Made by a program: the position numbers and the translations under genes
Assembly: GCA_020634555.1 (NCBI GenBank)
Contig: JACKBK010000006.1
Coordinates: 64,373 to 128,372, forward strand
Source: Caldilineae bacterium
Lineage (GTDB): Bacteria > Chloroflexota > Anaerolineae > JAAEKA01
DNA: 64,000 bases
Reading direction: 5' to 3'
The notes under the pieces: generated by a model
What the model saw: the letters and a program-made list of their open reading frames with translations, nothing else
What the model was told of the DNA's origin: nothing
Databases searched by the model: none
In this document: in pieces, positions 53,412 to 62,476 of the stretch
Layout: each line of letters starts with the position of its first letter
Position numbering within the stretch: the stretch's first letter is position 1

Positions 53412-54812
53412 ATGTTAACTTCCAAGTCCGACACCCACGTTGTGGTCATGGGCGCAAGCATGGGCGGCCTGCTGGCTGCCAGAGTGCTCAGCAATCATTT
53501 CGGCCAGGTCACGCTGGTCGAGCGCGATCCGGTACATGACCAGCCGGAATCGCGCAAGGGCCAGCCGCAGACCCGCCATCTCCATGGCCTGCTGGCCAGC
53601 GGCCTGGATATTCTAACCCGTTACTACCCCGATCTGCCGGAGGCATTGACAGCCAGAGGTGCGCTGGTTACCGATATGACGGAACATATGCAGTGGTATG
53701 CCTTTGGCGGCTACCGCAAGCGGTTTTCCATGGGCGTGCGCGCCGCGCTGATGAGCCGTCCGCTCCTGGAGTACCTGATCCGCCAGCGCACCCTGGCCTT
53801 GCCCAACATCACGCTGTTAGACAACACAGCGGTCAAAGGACTGGCTATCACGACCGACCGCCAACGGGTGACCGGCGTCCAGGTCGAGCGCCGCAACGAC
53901 GATGCAGACGTACACACCCTGGCCGCTGATCTGGTGGTGGACGCCACCGGCCGCGGCTCGCGCACCCCCCAATGGCTGGCCGAGATGGGCTATGTCGCGC
54001 CGGACGAGAGCGAGGTCAAGGTTAACGTCGGCTACGCCTCGCGCGTCTATCGCCGTAACCCCGCGGACCCGCTCGCCAACGACTGGATTCTGGTGACTCC
54101 CGATGCGCCCAGAGAAACGCGCTTCGGCGGCATGTTCCCCATCGAGGGCAATCGCTGGATCGTGTCACTGGGTGGTTGGATGGGCGACCACGCCCCCATC
54201 GACGAGCCAGGTTTTCTGGAATATGCCCGGTCGCTGCCGGCGCCTGATATCTACGAGACGATCCGGGACGCCGAGCCGCTGTCGGACATCATCCCGCACA
54301 AGTTTGTCTCCAGCCTGCGCCGCCACTATGAAAAGCTGGCGCGGTTTCCGGAAGGTCTGCTGGTGATGGGCGATGCGATCAGCAGTTTTAACCCAACCTA
54401 CGGCCAGGGCATGACCTCGGCGGCCATGCAGGCCATCGAACTGGACCAACTGCTGGCGGAGAGCGACATCAGCCAGCCCGGCCTGGCAGCAGCGTTCTTC
54501 AAACGGGCCGCCAGGGTGGTGGACATTCCCTGGCAGTTGGCCGTTGGTGAGGACTTCCGTTTTCCAGGAACGACCGGCCCCAAGCCTGCCGGCATCGATC
54601 TGATCAACCGCTACGTCGCGGCCGTCCACCGGGCAACTCAGGACGACATCGTGGTCGGCGCGGCCTTCATCAACGTGATGAACCTGACGGCCGCGCCCAC
54701 CAGCCTGATGACTCCCGGCATGATGCTGCGGGTCTGGCGAGCTAACCGGCGCCTGAATCAGCAGCCCAGCAAGCAGAACCGGCTCACGAGTTCATCGACC
54801 GTTCCCGCCTGA
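53412..54812 (+). CDS. FAD-dependent monooxygenase/oxidoreductase
   Basis: ATG 53412 with SD aaggagag is preferred (track: TTG 53367). The dinucleotide-binding motif is HVVVMGASMGGLLAARVL...VTLVERD. ...VDATGRGSR... and ...GDAISSFNPTYGQGMTSA are typical flavoprotein monooxygenase blocks. Confidence 0.75.
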   Translation: MLTSKSDTHVVVMGASMGGLLAARVLSNHFGQVTLVERDPVHDQPESRKGQPQTRHLHGLLASGLDILTRYYPDLPEALTARGALVTDMTEHMQWYAFGGYRKRFSMGVRAALMSRPLLEYLIRQRTLALPNITLLDNTAVKGLAITTDRQRVTGVQVERRNDDADVHTLAADLVVDATGRGSRTPQWLAEMGYVAPDESEVKVNVGYASRVYRRNPADPLANDWILVTPDAPRETRFGGMFPIEGNRWIVSLGGWMGDHAPIDEPGFLEYARSLPAPDIYETIRDAEPLSDIIPHKFVSSLRRHYEKLARFPEGLLVMGDAISSFNPTYGQGMTSAAMQAIELDQLLAESDISQPGLAAAFFKRAARVVDIPWQLAVGEDFRFPGTTGPKPAGIDLINRYVAAVHRATQDDIVVGAAFINVMNLTAAPTSLMTPGMMLRVWRANRRLNQQPSKQNRLTSSSTVPA

Positions 54813-54879
54813 AACACGCGCTGTGCTGTCTTCGTGAGATCGCGGACCATCCGAACACGGAACGGCGTTGAAACGCTTA

Positions 54880-57027
54880 CTACGAACAAGTCTGTATCGC
54901 AGTTGCCAGCGCGACCACGTGCGGCGCCGGCGTTTGAGGGCCGATGCCGCACGCGGAGCCTGCGACGAAGCCGCCGCCCGCTCCCATCTCAACGCACAGA
55001 CTGCGAGCGTGTGCCTGAATAGCCTCTACCGGTCCCGCCATCAGCAGATCGTTGGGAAAGCCGCCGGCCAACGCCATCTTACCGGCCCACGCCCGACGCA
55101 TCTCGGCCAGATCGTTGTGAGCCGGATCGACCGGATGCACGAAGTCGAAACCAACCTCATGCAACAGCGGCATGACGGCCCCGACTTGGCCTGGCGTGTG
55201 AATACCGACCGGCTTGCCGTGTTCCATAGCCGGCGCGATCAGCCGGCGCGCCCGTTCGCCATACACCGTTTCCAGCAGATCGAGAGCCAGTCGCGGCCCT
55301 TGCGGCCCGCTGAGCACGTCGCTGATCAACACAGCAGCCAGCTCGTCACCGAAGCGGTCGCACAGAGCGCGCAGCAGGCGAAGCTGGTGTTTCAGCAGAT
55401 CGTCCATGCGGCGCTCCGCCAGCGGACGATCTGCCTGCATAAGTTGCGCCAGGTCGAAGGCATCTTCATTGCCGGCCCCCATCACCCCTGTAATGTGGAC
55501 GATAACACCGACATCTGTCTCCCGGACAGCGCGCAGATAACGCTCCAGATAGTTTAGCTGATCCAGCAGGGGCGCGGCAGGCCGGCCGAGCTCGCCCGCG
55601 CCGCCGTTTTGGTTGCCGCCTGGCCAGGAGAGGTCGCACACCACGGCGTCCATGCCCAGCCGTCCGGCCAGTTCGACGTGGTCCTCGGGCGTAGCCGGAC
55701 GTCCGCTGAGCGGATCGTGTTGCGCCGGCCTGCCCAGCATATGCGAATAGAGGGCTGGACTGTTGATCCACATCTCCAGATAGGGCGTCCGGTCGGCCGG
55801 CTCGTGCCGGAGGGTCGCCAGCAGGCGGTCCACATCCGCTTGCGGCGTTTCCACCGCGGCCACGCGGGAAGCGACCAAGACACCCATTGCACCAAGACTT
55901 GCCCGGCTGGCCTCCACCACCTCCGGCGGCACGCGCGGCGCGATGCTCACCGACTCTGGCGCACCGAAGGCAACGGGCAGGCTGAGCGAGTTGCCACCCG
56001 GGTCAGAAAGCCGTGCGCCGCAGGAATAGCGCACCACCAGCCGCGTTGGCAGCACCACCTGGCGGGCCGGCAAATCCTCATCGGCGGCCAGGCGGCTGAG
56101 CAACAGTTGCGCCGCGTTGACCCCTAAATCGTAGACCGGTTGGCTGGCGACGGTCAGAAACGGGAACAGATGCGATGCGTGCGGCAGGTCGTCGAAACTG
56201 ACCAGTGCGATGTCGTGGGGGATGCGCAGTCCATGGCGGCCCACGGCATCGATGATGCCCATGGCGATGGTGTTGTTGGCGGCGAAGATGGCCGTTGGAG
56301 GGTGGGACATGCGCAGCAGGGTGTCGGCCTCGCGCTCGCCAGCGCCGGCGCGGAACTCGCCAAAGCGGATCAGCGCCGGATCGGCCGCGATGCCGGCGTC
56401 ACTCAGCGCCAGATGATAGCCCACCACCCGGTCGATGGCGGTGGACGTGTTGGCTGGGCCGGTAACGACCGCGATGCGCCGGTGTCCCAGCGCAATCAGA
56501 TGCCTGACCAGCGCGCGCGCGCCGGCCACCGAGTCGCCGCGCACCGTGTCCACCTCCCAACCGGCGATGTCGCGGTCCACAACGACAACCGGAATGTTCC
56601 GCCGGCGCAGCTTCTCCAGGTTGTCCGCATCGGTGTCATAAGGTGCGATGATGACGCCATCGACCTGCTGGCTGATCACCACGTCGAGATAGCTCTGTTG
56701 CTTGGCGGGGTTCTCGTCGGTGTTGCAGAGAAAGACTGAATACCCTTTTCCCTGCGCGGCATCCTCAACGCCGCGCGCGATGGTGGTCCAGAAGGTGTTG
56801 TTGACATCGGGAACGATGAGGGCGACGGTGAAGGTCTGGCGGGAACGCAGGCTGCGGGCCGCGATGCTTGGCACATAGCCCAGCTCTTCAATGGCGCGCT
56901 GCACTCGCGCCTGGGTGGTCGAGCTGACCCGGTTGGAGTTGTTGAGCACCCGCGACACCGTAACCGCCGACACGCCGGCCAGCTTGGCTACGTCATGGAT
57001 AGTTGCCAAAACACAATCTCCCTTCAT
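54880..57027 (-). CDS. Fusion protein: LacI-family transcriptional regulator (HTH + periplasmic-binding-fold sensor) fused to a C-terminal uroporphyrinogen-decarboxylase (URO-D)-like domain
   Basis: The N-terminus ATIHDVAKLAGVSAVTVSRVLNNSNRVSSTTQARVQRAIEELGYVPSIAARSLRS plus a ~270-aa PBP-fold domain ends near ...LVVRYSCGA. A ~40-aa linker follows. Then ...VDRLLATLRHEPADRTPYLEMW...GMDAVV...GKPVGIHTPGQV...GFDFVHPVDP...GGFVAGSACGI resembles URO-D/MtaA-family TIM barrels. It is a single uninterrupted 715-codon ORF. Confidence 0.75.
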   Translation of the reverse strand: MKGDCVLATIHDVAKLAGVSAVTVSRVLNNSNRVSSTTQARVQRAIEELGYVPSIAARSLRSRQTFTVALIVPDVNNTFWTTIARGVEDAAQGKGYSVFLCNTDENPAKQQSYLDVVISQQVDGVIIAPYDTDADNLEKLRRRNIPVVVVDRDIAGWEVDTVRGDSVAGARALVRHLIALGHRRIAVVTGPANTSTAIDRVVGYHLALSDAGIAADPALIRFGEFRAGAGEREADTLLRMSHPPTAIFAANNTIAMGIIDAVGRHGLRIPHDIALVSFDDLPHASHLFPFLTVASQPVYDLGVNAAQLLLSRLAADEDLPARQVVLPTRLVVRYSCGARLSDPGGNSLSLPVAFGAPESVSIAPRVPPEVVEASRASLGAMGVLVASRVAAVETPQADVDRLLATLRHEPADRTPYLEMWINSPALYSHMLGRPAQHDPLSGRPATPEDHVELAGRLGMDAVVCDLSWPGGNQNGGAGELGRPAAPLLDQLNYLERYLRAVRETDVGVIVHITGVMGAGNEDAFDLAQLMQADRPLAERRMDDLLKHQLRLLRALCDRFGDELAAVLISDVLSGPQGPRLALDLLETVYGERARRLIAPAMEHGKPVGIHTPGQVGAVMPLLHEVGFDFVHPVDPAHNDLAEMRRAWAGKMALAGGFPNDLLMAGPVEAIQAHARSLCVEMGAGGGFVAGSACGIGPQTPAPHVVALATAIQTCS

Positions 57028-57092
57028 CCGCCGCGTGTCGGACGACAGTCACTTGTGGGGACTCCTGATAACCACTCAACCTTCATTGTTGC

Positions 57093-57158
57093 GTCACTCC
57101 CGCGCAGGCGGGAGTCCAGCGCCCGTGAAGATGTGGATTCCCGCCTTCGCGGGAATGA
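57093..57158. repeat. Short (66-bp) member of the CCCGC-GAAG-GCGGG MITE-like family
   Basis: gtcactcccgcgcaggcgggagtccag...tggattcccgccttcgcgggaatgaa, in the same orientation as the 53140 copy. Confidence 0.8.
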
Positions 57159-57227
57159 AGGGTGAGCAGTTATTACTCCTGAAGCCCAGCAAAGGAGCCG
57201 AAGGTGACTGTCACCTCAACAAGCGCG

Positions 57228-58247
57228 CTACGCTGCTACGTCCACCATCACCTTCGTAAAACTCACCGGGTCGGCGTCCCAGGCGCGCAGCGCTTCGCCG
57301 GCTTCCGCGAACGGGAAGGTGCGGCTGATCAGCTCAGGAAAAGGCCGCTCGCGCGCCTCCAGCATCTTGATGACGGCGGGAAAGACGCGCAGGGCGTTGC
57401 GCGCGCCGCAGATGTCCAGCTCTTTGCGCACGAAAAGCGCGGTGTCGTAGCAGACGTCCTGCTTGGCGTAGCCAACATAGACCACTCGCCCGGCAAAGGC
57501 GACCGCATCCACGGCCAGCCGAAAGGTCTGCGGCAGCCCGACCGCCTCGACCGCCACGCTAACGCCGTCGCCGCCGGTGAGATCACGTACCGCGTGCAGC
57601 ACATCCGCCTGGGCTGAGTTGATGGTGTGGCGGGCGCCAAATCGCCGCGCGCCGGCCAGCTTGCCGTCATCGATGTCGCTGGCAATAACCGTGGCGCCTT
57701 TACGAGCCGCAGCCGCGATCACGCCGATGCCGACCACGCCGCAACCCATGACCAGAACCGTGTCGGTCTCGCTGATACGGCCGCGGTTGGCAGCATGGTA
57801 GCCAACGCTGAGCGGTTCCGTCAGCGCCAGTTCCGGCAGCGTCAGGCGGGTACTGGTGAATACCTTGCTGTAGTGGATCGCCACCAACCGCGTCAACGCG
57901 CCATCGCGCTGCAGGCCCATGGTCTCGTTGAACTGGCAGCAGTTGGGCCGGCCGGCCCGGCAGGCCGGGCAGATGCCACATTCGGAGTAGGGCGACAAGA
58001 CGACCTGCGCGCCCTGGGCGATGCGGTCGGGCACAGCCGCGCCCTTGTCCACCACAATCCCGCTGGCCTCGTGGCCGAGAACGCGCGGATAGCGCATCAA
58101 TGGAAACGTGCCGCGGTAAGCGTTGAGGTCGCTGCCACACATTCCCACGGTGCGCATCTCGACCAGAACCTCCTCCGCGCCAAGGTGGGGTTCAGGTATT
58201 TCGACGAGTTCAATCTGGCGCGGCGCAACGAGTCGAACTGCTTGCAT
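57228..58247 (-). CDS. Zinc-dependent medium-chain alcohol/polyol dehydrogenase
   Basis: ATG 58247 gives MQAVRLVAPRQIELVEIPEP...VGMCGSDLNAYRG...LGHEASGIVV (Zn ligands) and ...VLVMGCGVVGIGVIAAA (Rossmann). The track ORF to 58625 is an extension. Confidence 0.85.
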   Translation of the reverse strand: MQAVRLVAPRQIELVEIPEPHLGAEEVLVEMRTVGMCGSDLNAYRGTFPLMRYPRVLGHEASGIVVDKGAAVPDRIAQGAQVVLSPYSECGICPACRAGRPNCCQFNETMGLQRDGALTRLVAIHYSKVFTSTRLTLPELALTEPLSVGYHAANRGRISETDTVLVMGCGVVGIGVIAAAARKGATVIASDIDDGKLAGARRFGARHTINSAQADVLHAVRDLTGGDGVSVAVEAVGLPQTFRLAVDAVAFAGRVVYVGYAKQDVCYDTALFVRKELDICGARNALRVFPAVIKMLEARERPFPELISRTFPFAEAGEALRAWDADPVSFTKVMVDVAA

Positions 58248-58297
58248 GGGTGGCTCCACAGTAATCGGCCAGGCGACAGAACTTCCGCCACCAATTT

Positions 58298-58350
58298 CAC
58301 GAATTTCACCAATTCTGGTTCCGAAATTCGTACCATCCGTGTAATTCGTG
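58298..58350. promoter_or_regulatory. Cluster of three ACGAATT half-sites (CACGAATT, AATTCGTA, AATTCGTG) upstream of the Zn-ADH gene
   Basis: Sites lie at 58298-58305, 58325-58332 and 58343-58350 in an AT-rich 125-bp gap between the AKR stop and the ADH start. The first site is inverted relative to the other two. Confidence 0.25.
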
Positions 58351-58372
58351 GCAGATGCTCGGCTCTGGCAGT

Positions 58373-59329
58373 TCAGGATTGCTTCGGCACCGCGCCGGGA
58401 TCGTCGTTTTCCGGCCGGCCTTCGCGCCAGACCACGTCGGCCACGGGGTCGATCATCGCCTGTATCTCGGCCAGTAGCCGCGGATCGGGCGCGACGCCAA
58501 CCGCCTTGACATTGCTGTCCACGTGGCTGACCTTGCTCATGCCCACCAGAGTCGTGGCGACATCGTCGTAGGCCAGCGCGTATTGCATGGCCAGGTCGGC
58601 GATGTCCACGCCCTGGGATCGGCACCAGTCGGCCACCTCGCGGCTTTTTTCGATCACTGCCTGGGGCGCGGGGTGCCAGTCAGGCGCGCCCTTTTCGGTC
58701 AGAGCACGCATATGCAGCGGCGATGCGTTGATCAGGCCTACGCCGCGCTCCTTGGCAACAGGCGTCAGCATGGCATCCATGGTGGTGTCGAACAGGTTGT
58801 AGCGGCAGTAAGAGAGTATGGTGTCAACCCTGGTTTGCGAGATGACATCCGCAAGCTGCAACAGGGGATAGCCGGTGATGCCCACGAAGCGCACCTTGCC
58901 CGCCTCCACCAACGAGTACAGGGCCGGCAACGTCTCATGAACGATCTGTGCGCGGTCGCCGTACTCGATGTCGTGGATCTGGATCACGTCGATGACGTCG
59001 GTACGCAGCCGCCGCAGGCTTTCGTCCACGGAACTGACCACACAACGAGCCGAGAAGTCGAAGTGGTCGATGTCGTAGCGCCCGACCTTGGTGGCCAGGA
59101 TCACCTGGTGGCGCTTGTCTTCCAGAAACTCACCCAGTCGGGTTTCCGCCAGTGTGCGCCCGTAGTAGGGCGCCACGTCAAAGTAGTTGATGCCGCAGGC
59201 GATGGCGTGATGAACCGCGCGCCGCCCCTCTTCCGGGTCGATGCGGCCAAACTCGGCTCCCAGAGGAGACGCGCCATAGCCGACGACAGAGACTTGCAGG
59301 CCGGTTCTCCCCAGGGTTCGGTAGATCAT
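58373..59329 (-). CDS. Aldo/keto reductase (L-fucose / L-galactose / D-threo-aldose 1-dehydrogenase-like)
   Basis: ATG 59329 (SD caggag) gives MIYRTLGRTGLQVSVVGYGASPLG...INYFDVAPYYG...ILATKVGR...DVIQIHD. This is the AKR catalytic D/Y/K/H context. The track start 59458 is an extension across the promoter region. Confidence 0.85.
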   Translation of the reverse strand: MIYRTLGRTGLQVSVVGYGASPLGAEFGRIDPEEGRRAVHHAIACGINYFDVAPYYGRTLAETRLGEFLEDKRHQVILATKVGRYDIDHFDFSARCVVSSVDESLRRLRTDVIDVIQIHDIEYGDRAQIVHETLPALYSLVEAGKVRFVGITGYPLLQLADVISQTRVDTILSYCRYNLFDTTMDAMLTPVAKERGVGLINASPLHMRALTEKGAPDWHPAPQAVIEKSREVADWCRSQGVDIADLAMQYALAYDDVATTLVGMSKVSHVDSNVKAVGVAPDPRLLAEIQAMIDPVADVVWREGRPENDDPGAVPKQS

Positions 59330-59353
59330 ACGAGGCTCCTGTTCAGGAAGGTG

Positions 59354-59375
59354 AAACCGATTAATCGAAATCGAT
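59354..59375. promoter_or_regulatory. Candidate operator: overlapping palindromes CGATTAATCG and ATCGAAATCGAT
   Basis: The 10-bp perfect palindrome at 59358-59367 has a CG-type centre like LacI-family operators. It lies just downstream of the predicted minus-strand transcription start. Confidence 0.3.
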
Positions 59376-59384
59376 ACCATGATA

Positions 59385-59412
59385 ATGATAAACATCTTGG
59401 CCCATTTGTCAA
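59385..59412 (-). promoter_or_regulatory. Candidate promoter for the AKR/ADH operon (TTGACA-16-TATCAT, minus strand)
   Basis: Minus-strand TTGACA = 59412..59407 and TATCAT = 59390..59385. Confidence 0.4.
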
Positions 59413-59433
59413 GCTGGTTGGAAATGCTATAAT
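59406..59433 (+). promoter_or_regulatory. Candidate promoter TTGTCA-16-TGCTATAAT, ending 9 nt before the kinase ATG (leaderless or near-leaderless mRNA)
   Basis: The -35 at 59406-59411 overlaps the divergent promoter's -35 back to back. The extended -10 TGCTATAAT is at 59425-59433 and the ATG at 59443. There is no SD. Confidence 0.45.
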
Positions 59434-59442
59434 GACCATACC

Positions 59443-60930
59443 ATGAAACACACCGCAAACTTCCTTGCTATCGATCTGGGCGCATCCAACGGACGTGTCG
59501 TGCTGGGCCGCTGGGACGGCCAGCGCTTCGATCTGCACGAGCTGCACCGCTTCGCCAACGGTCCGGTCAACGTGCTGGGCAGCCTGTACTGGGACCCGCT
59601 GCGGCTCTGGAGCGAGATCAAGGCCGGTATGGCGCGCTATGGACAGCAGTTCAGCCAGCCGCTGGCCGGCATTGGCCTGGACACCTGGGGCGTGGACTTT
59701 GCGTTGTTGGACCGGGCCGGCCGCTTGCTGGGCAATCCGTTCCAGTACCGCGACGCCCGCACCGACGGCATGATGGAGCTGGCGTTCGAGCGAGCCGGCC
59801 GATCGGCCATCTTTCGCCACACCGGTATCCAATTCATGCAGATCAACACCCTCTATCAGCTTCTGAGCATGGTGGAAGCACGCGATCCCCAACTGGACGC
59901 GGCCGAGACGTTGTTGCTGATGCCCGACCTGTTCAACTATTGGCTGACCGGCCGCACCGTGGCTGAGTACACCATCGCCAGCACCAGCCAGATGCTGGAC
60001 GCGCGCCGGCGCACCTGGGCAACCGGCCTGTTGGACCAACTGGGCATACCGACAGCCATCCTGCCGCCGGTGGTCGACGCAGGCACGGTGCTGGGCGATC
60101 TCAGAAGCGACATCGCTGGCGAGGTCGGCGCGCCGGGAACACCCCAGGTCATCGCCGTTGGCAGCCACGATACCGCCAGCGCAGTGGCGGCTATTCCCGA
60201 TCTGGGGCCGGAGAGCGCCTACATCAGCAGCGGCACCTGGAGCCTGATCGGCGTCGAGACGCCACAGCCGGTGCTGAGCGATCAAGCGCTGGCGCTGAAC
60301 TTTACCAACGAAGGGGGCGTCGCCGGCGATATCCGGCTGTTGAAGAACAGTACCGGTCTCTGGCTGCTGCAGGAAAGCCGCCGCCAGTGGCAGCGGGACG
60401 GTCACGATTACTCCTGGGACGAGCTGTTGGATCTGGCAGGCAAAGCACCTGCCTTCCGCAGCCTGGTCGACCCCGATGACCGCGCGTTCCTCAACCCGCC
60501 CGACATGCCCGCTGCGATCCGGGCGTATTGCCGGCGCACCGGCCAGCCTGAGCCGGAAAGCGTCGGTGCCGTGGTACGTTGCTGCCTGGAGAGCATGGCG
60601 CTGGCGTCGCGGGCTGTCATCGACTCGCTGGAGACGTTGCTGGAACGACGGCTGGAGGTGGTGCGGATCGTCGGCGGCGGCAGCCAGAACGCGATGCTTT
60701 CCCAGTTCACTGCGGATGCCTGCCAGCGGCCGGTGGTCTGCGGCCCGGTGGAAGCCACGGCGCTGGGCAACGTCATGGTGCAGGCCATTGCCACCGGCCA
60801 GATCAACGACATCGCGGCCGGCCGCCGCGCGATCGCCAGCTCGATCCCATTGCTTCGCTACGACCCGGAGGCCAGCGCTGCAGCGGCGTGGGAGGACGCA
60901 TCCGGCAGGTTCGCGGCACTGCACGGGTAA
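59443..60930 (+). CDS. Rhamnulokinase-like FGGY-family sugar kinase
   Basis: ...FLAIDLGASNGRVVLGRWDGQRFDLHELHRFANGPV...GIGLDTWGVDFALLD...GSHDTASAV...GGGSQNAMLSQFTADA... closely follows the RhaB pattern. Confidence 0.85.
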   Translation: MKHTANFLAIDLGASNGRVVLGRWDGQRFDLHELHRFANGPVNVLGSLYWDPLRLWSEIKAGMARYGQQFSQPLAGIGLDTWGVDFALLDRAGRLLGNPFQYRDARTDGMMELAFERAGRSAIFRHTGIQFMQINTLYQLLSMVEARDPQLDAAETLLLMPDLFNYWLTGRTVAEYTIASTSQMLDARRRTWATGLLDQLGIPTAILPPVVDAGTVLGDLRSDIAGEVGAPGTPQVIAVGSHDTASAVAAIPDLGPESAYISSGTWSLIGVETPQPVLSDQALALNFTNEGGVAGDIRLLKNSTGLWLLQESRRQWQRDGHDYSWDELLDLAGKAPAFRSLVDPDDRAFLNPPDMPAAIRAYCRRTGQPEPESVGAVVRCCLESMALASRAVIDSLETLLERRLEVVRIVGGGSQNAMLSQFTADACQRPVVCGPVEATALGNVMVQAIATGQINDIAAGRRAIASSIPLLRYDPEASAAAAWEDASGRFAALHG

Positions 60931-61019
60931 ACACAATGTGGAATTGACAGGAACTCTGACCAATCGTACAATGATCGTGTCTTTGACAACGAGGTCGAGA
61001 CAAGCTACGTCGACCTGTC

Positions 61020-62447
61020 ATGGTCGGCATTTTGTTTTCCGAAAGGACGTCTGTTGTGGACGCCATTGCTTCAAACGAGACACGAAGCGCAGTCCAGCTC
61101 GAAAAGGACTATGTGTTGCACACCTGGCAGAATCGCCAGGGAGACTGGGACGGTCCGACAGTGGTTGGCGGCGAAGGCGCCTGGTTTTGGGACGAGGAAG
61201 GTAAGCGCTACCTGGACCTTAGCAGCCAGGCTCAGTGCAACCACCTGGGCCACCAACACCCCGACATGGTGGCAGCTATTCAGAAGCAAGCCGCTGAGCT
61301 CTGTTTTATCCACATCGCCTGGGGAGCGAAGCCGCGTGCAGAACTGGCCAAGCGGCTGATCGAGACAAGCGGCATGGAAGGTGGCAAGGTATACTATGCC
61401 CAGTCGGGGGCCGGCGCCACCGAGCACGCGATGAAGGTAGCCCGCTGGATCACAGGGCGCCAGAAGATCATCAGCCGCTATCGTTCCTATCACGGCGCAA
61501 CCAGCAACGCGATCGCGCTCAGCGGGGACTCGCGCAACTGGTCCACACCCGGCGTGCCCAACATCATGCACGCGCTGCCTCCCTATTGTTACCGCTGTCC
61601 CTTCCAGTTGACCTATCCCGGCTGCAACCTGCGCTGCGCCAGCCACATCGCCGACATCATCGAGTGGGAAGGACCGAACAACGTGGCCGCGCTGGTGGTG
61701 GAGCCTATCGTGGGAACAAACGGTGTTTTTGCCGGGCCCGGCGACTACTGGCGCGAGCTGCGCGACATCTGCAACCACTACGGCGTCCTCCTCATCGCAG
61801 ACGAGGTGATGACCGGCTTCGGCCGCACCGGGGCCTGGTTTGGCTGGCAGCACTGGCCCGATGCCGCTCCCGACATCATGCTGTTGGGCAAGGGACTGAC
61901 GGCTGCCTATCAGCCTCTCGGCGCGGTGGTGCTCAACCAGCACTGCGCCAGCTTCTTTGGCGATCATCCACTTCCCACGGGACTGACCTATTCAGGACAT
62001 CCCCTGTGTTGTGCGGCCGGCGTGGCCGCTATCGACCTCTACGAACGAGACGGGTTGATCGAGCGCAGCCGCAAGCTGGGCGCCTGGATGCACGGCCAAC
62101 TGCGGGAGATCAGCACGCACCATCCCAGCGTGGGCGACCTGCGCGGCATTGGGCTTTTTGCGGGCATGGAACTGATCGTCAACGAGGAAACGCGGCAGCC
62201 GCTTTCGCCGTGGCCACACATGCACCCCGCCTTGAAGCGTCTGAAGTCAGAAGCCAGGGATCGCGGGATAACGTTGACCACCCGAGGCAACCTGCTGATC
62301 ATCTCCCCGCCGTTGATCATCGAAAAGAGCGATCTGGCCTGGGGTATTGCGCAGGTCGACGAGTTGCTCGACATCATCGACGAAGAATACGGCACTCAGT
62401 CCAACGGGTGGAGACCTGAGCGTACCCACCACATTGGATTCCGTTAG
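61020..62447 (+). CDS. Class-III (omega) PLP-dependent aminotransferase
   Basis: ...GEGAWFWDEEGKRYLDLSSQAQCNHLGHQHPDMV..., ...SGAGATEHAMKVAR..., ...LLIADEVMTGFGRTGAWFG... and ...LGKGLTAAYQPLGAV (Schiff-base Lys). Confidence 0.85.
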   Translation: MVGILFSERTSVVDAIASNETRSAVQLEKDYVLHTWQNRQGDWDGPTVVGGEGAWFWDEEGKRYLDLSSQAQCNHLGHQHPDMVAAIQKQAAELCFIHIAWGAKPRAELAKRLIETSGMEGGKVYYAQSGAGATEHAMKVARWITGRQKIISRYRSYHGATSNAIALSGDSRNWSTPGVPNIMHALPPYCYRCPFQLTYPGCNLRCASHIADIIEWEGPNNVAALVVEPIVGTNGVFAGPGDYWRELRDICNHYGVLLIADEVMTGFGRTGAWFGWQHWPDAAPDIMLLGKGLTAAYQPLGAVVLNQHCASFFGDHPLPTGLTYSGHPLCCAAGVAAIDLYERDGLIERSRKLGAWMHGQLREISTHHPSVGDLRGIGLFAGMELIVNEETRQPLSPWPHMHPALKRLKSEARDRGITLTTRGNLLIISPPLIIEKSDLAWGIAQVDELLDIIDEEYGTQSNGWRPERTHHIGFR

Positions 62448-62476
62448 TCATTTCACACTCAAAGAGGAGACGAAAC

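Noticed and set aside
422-57216. A recurring GTGAC(A/T)GTCAC palindrome (422-432, 442-452, 57206-57216) and a related gacagtcactt at about 57046
   Set aside because: Two of the occurrences are the two arms of a single hairpin. The remaining matches are too few to distinguish from chance without a genome-wide count.
59326-60963. 545-aa minus-strand ORF
   Set aside because: It is antisense to the rhamnulokinase-like gene, has no recognisable domain and spans the divergent promoter region.
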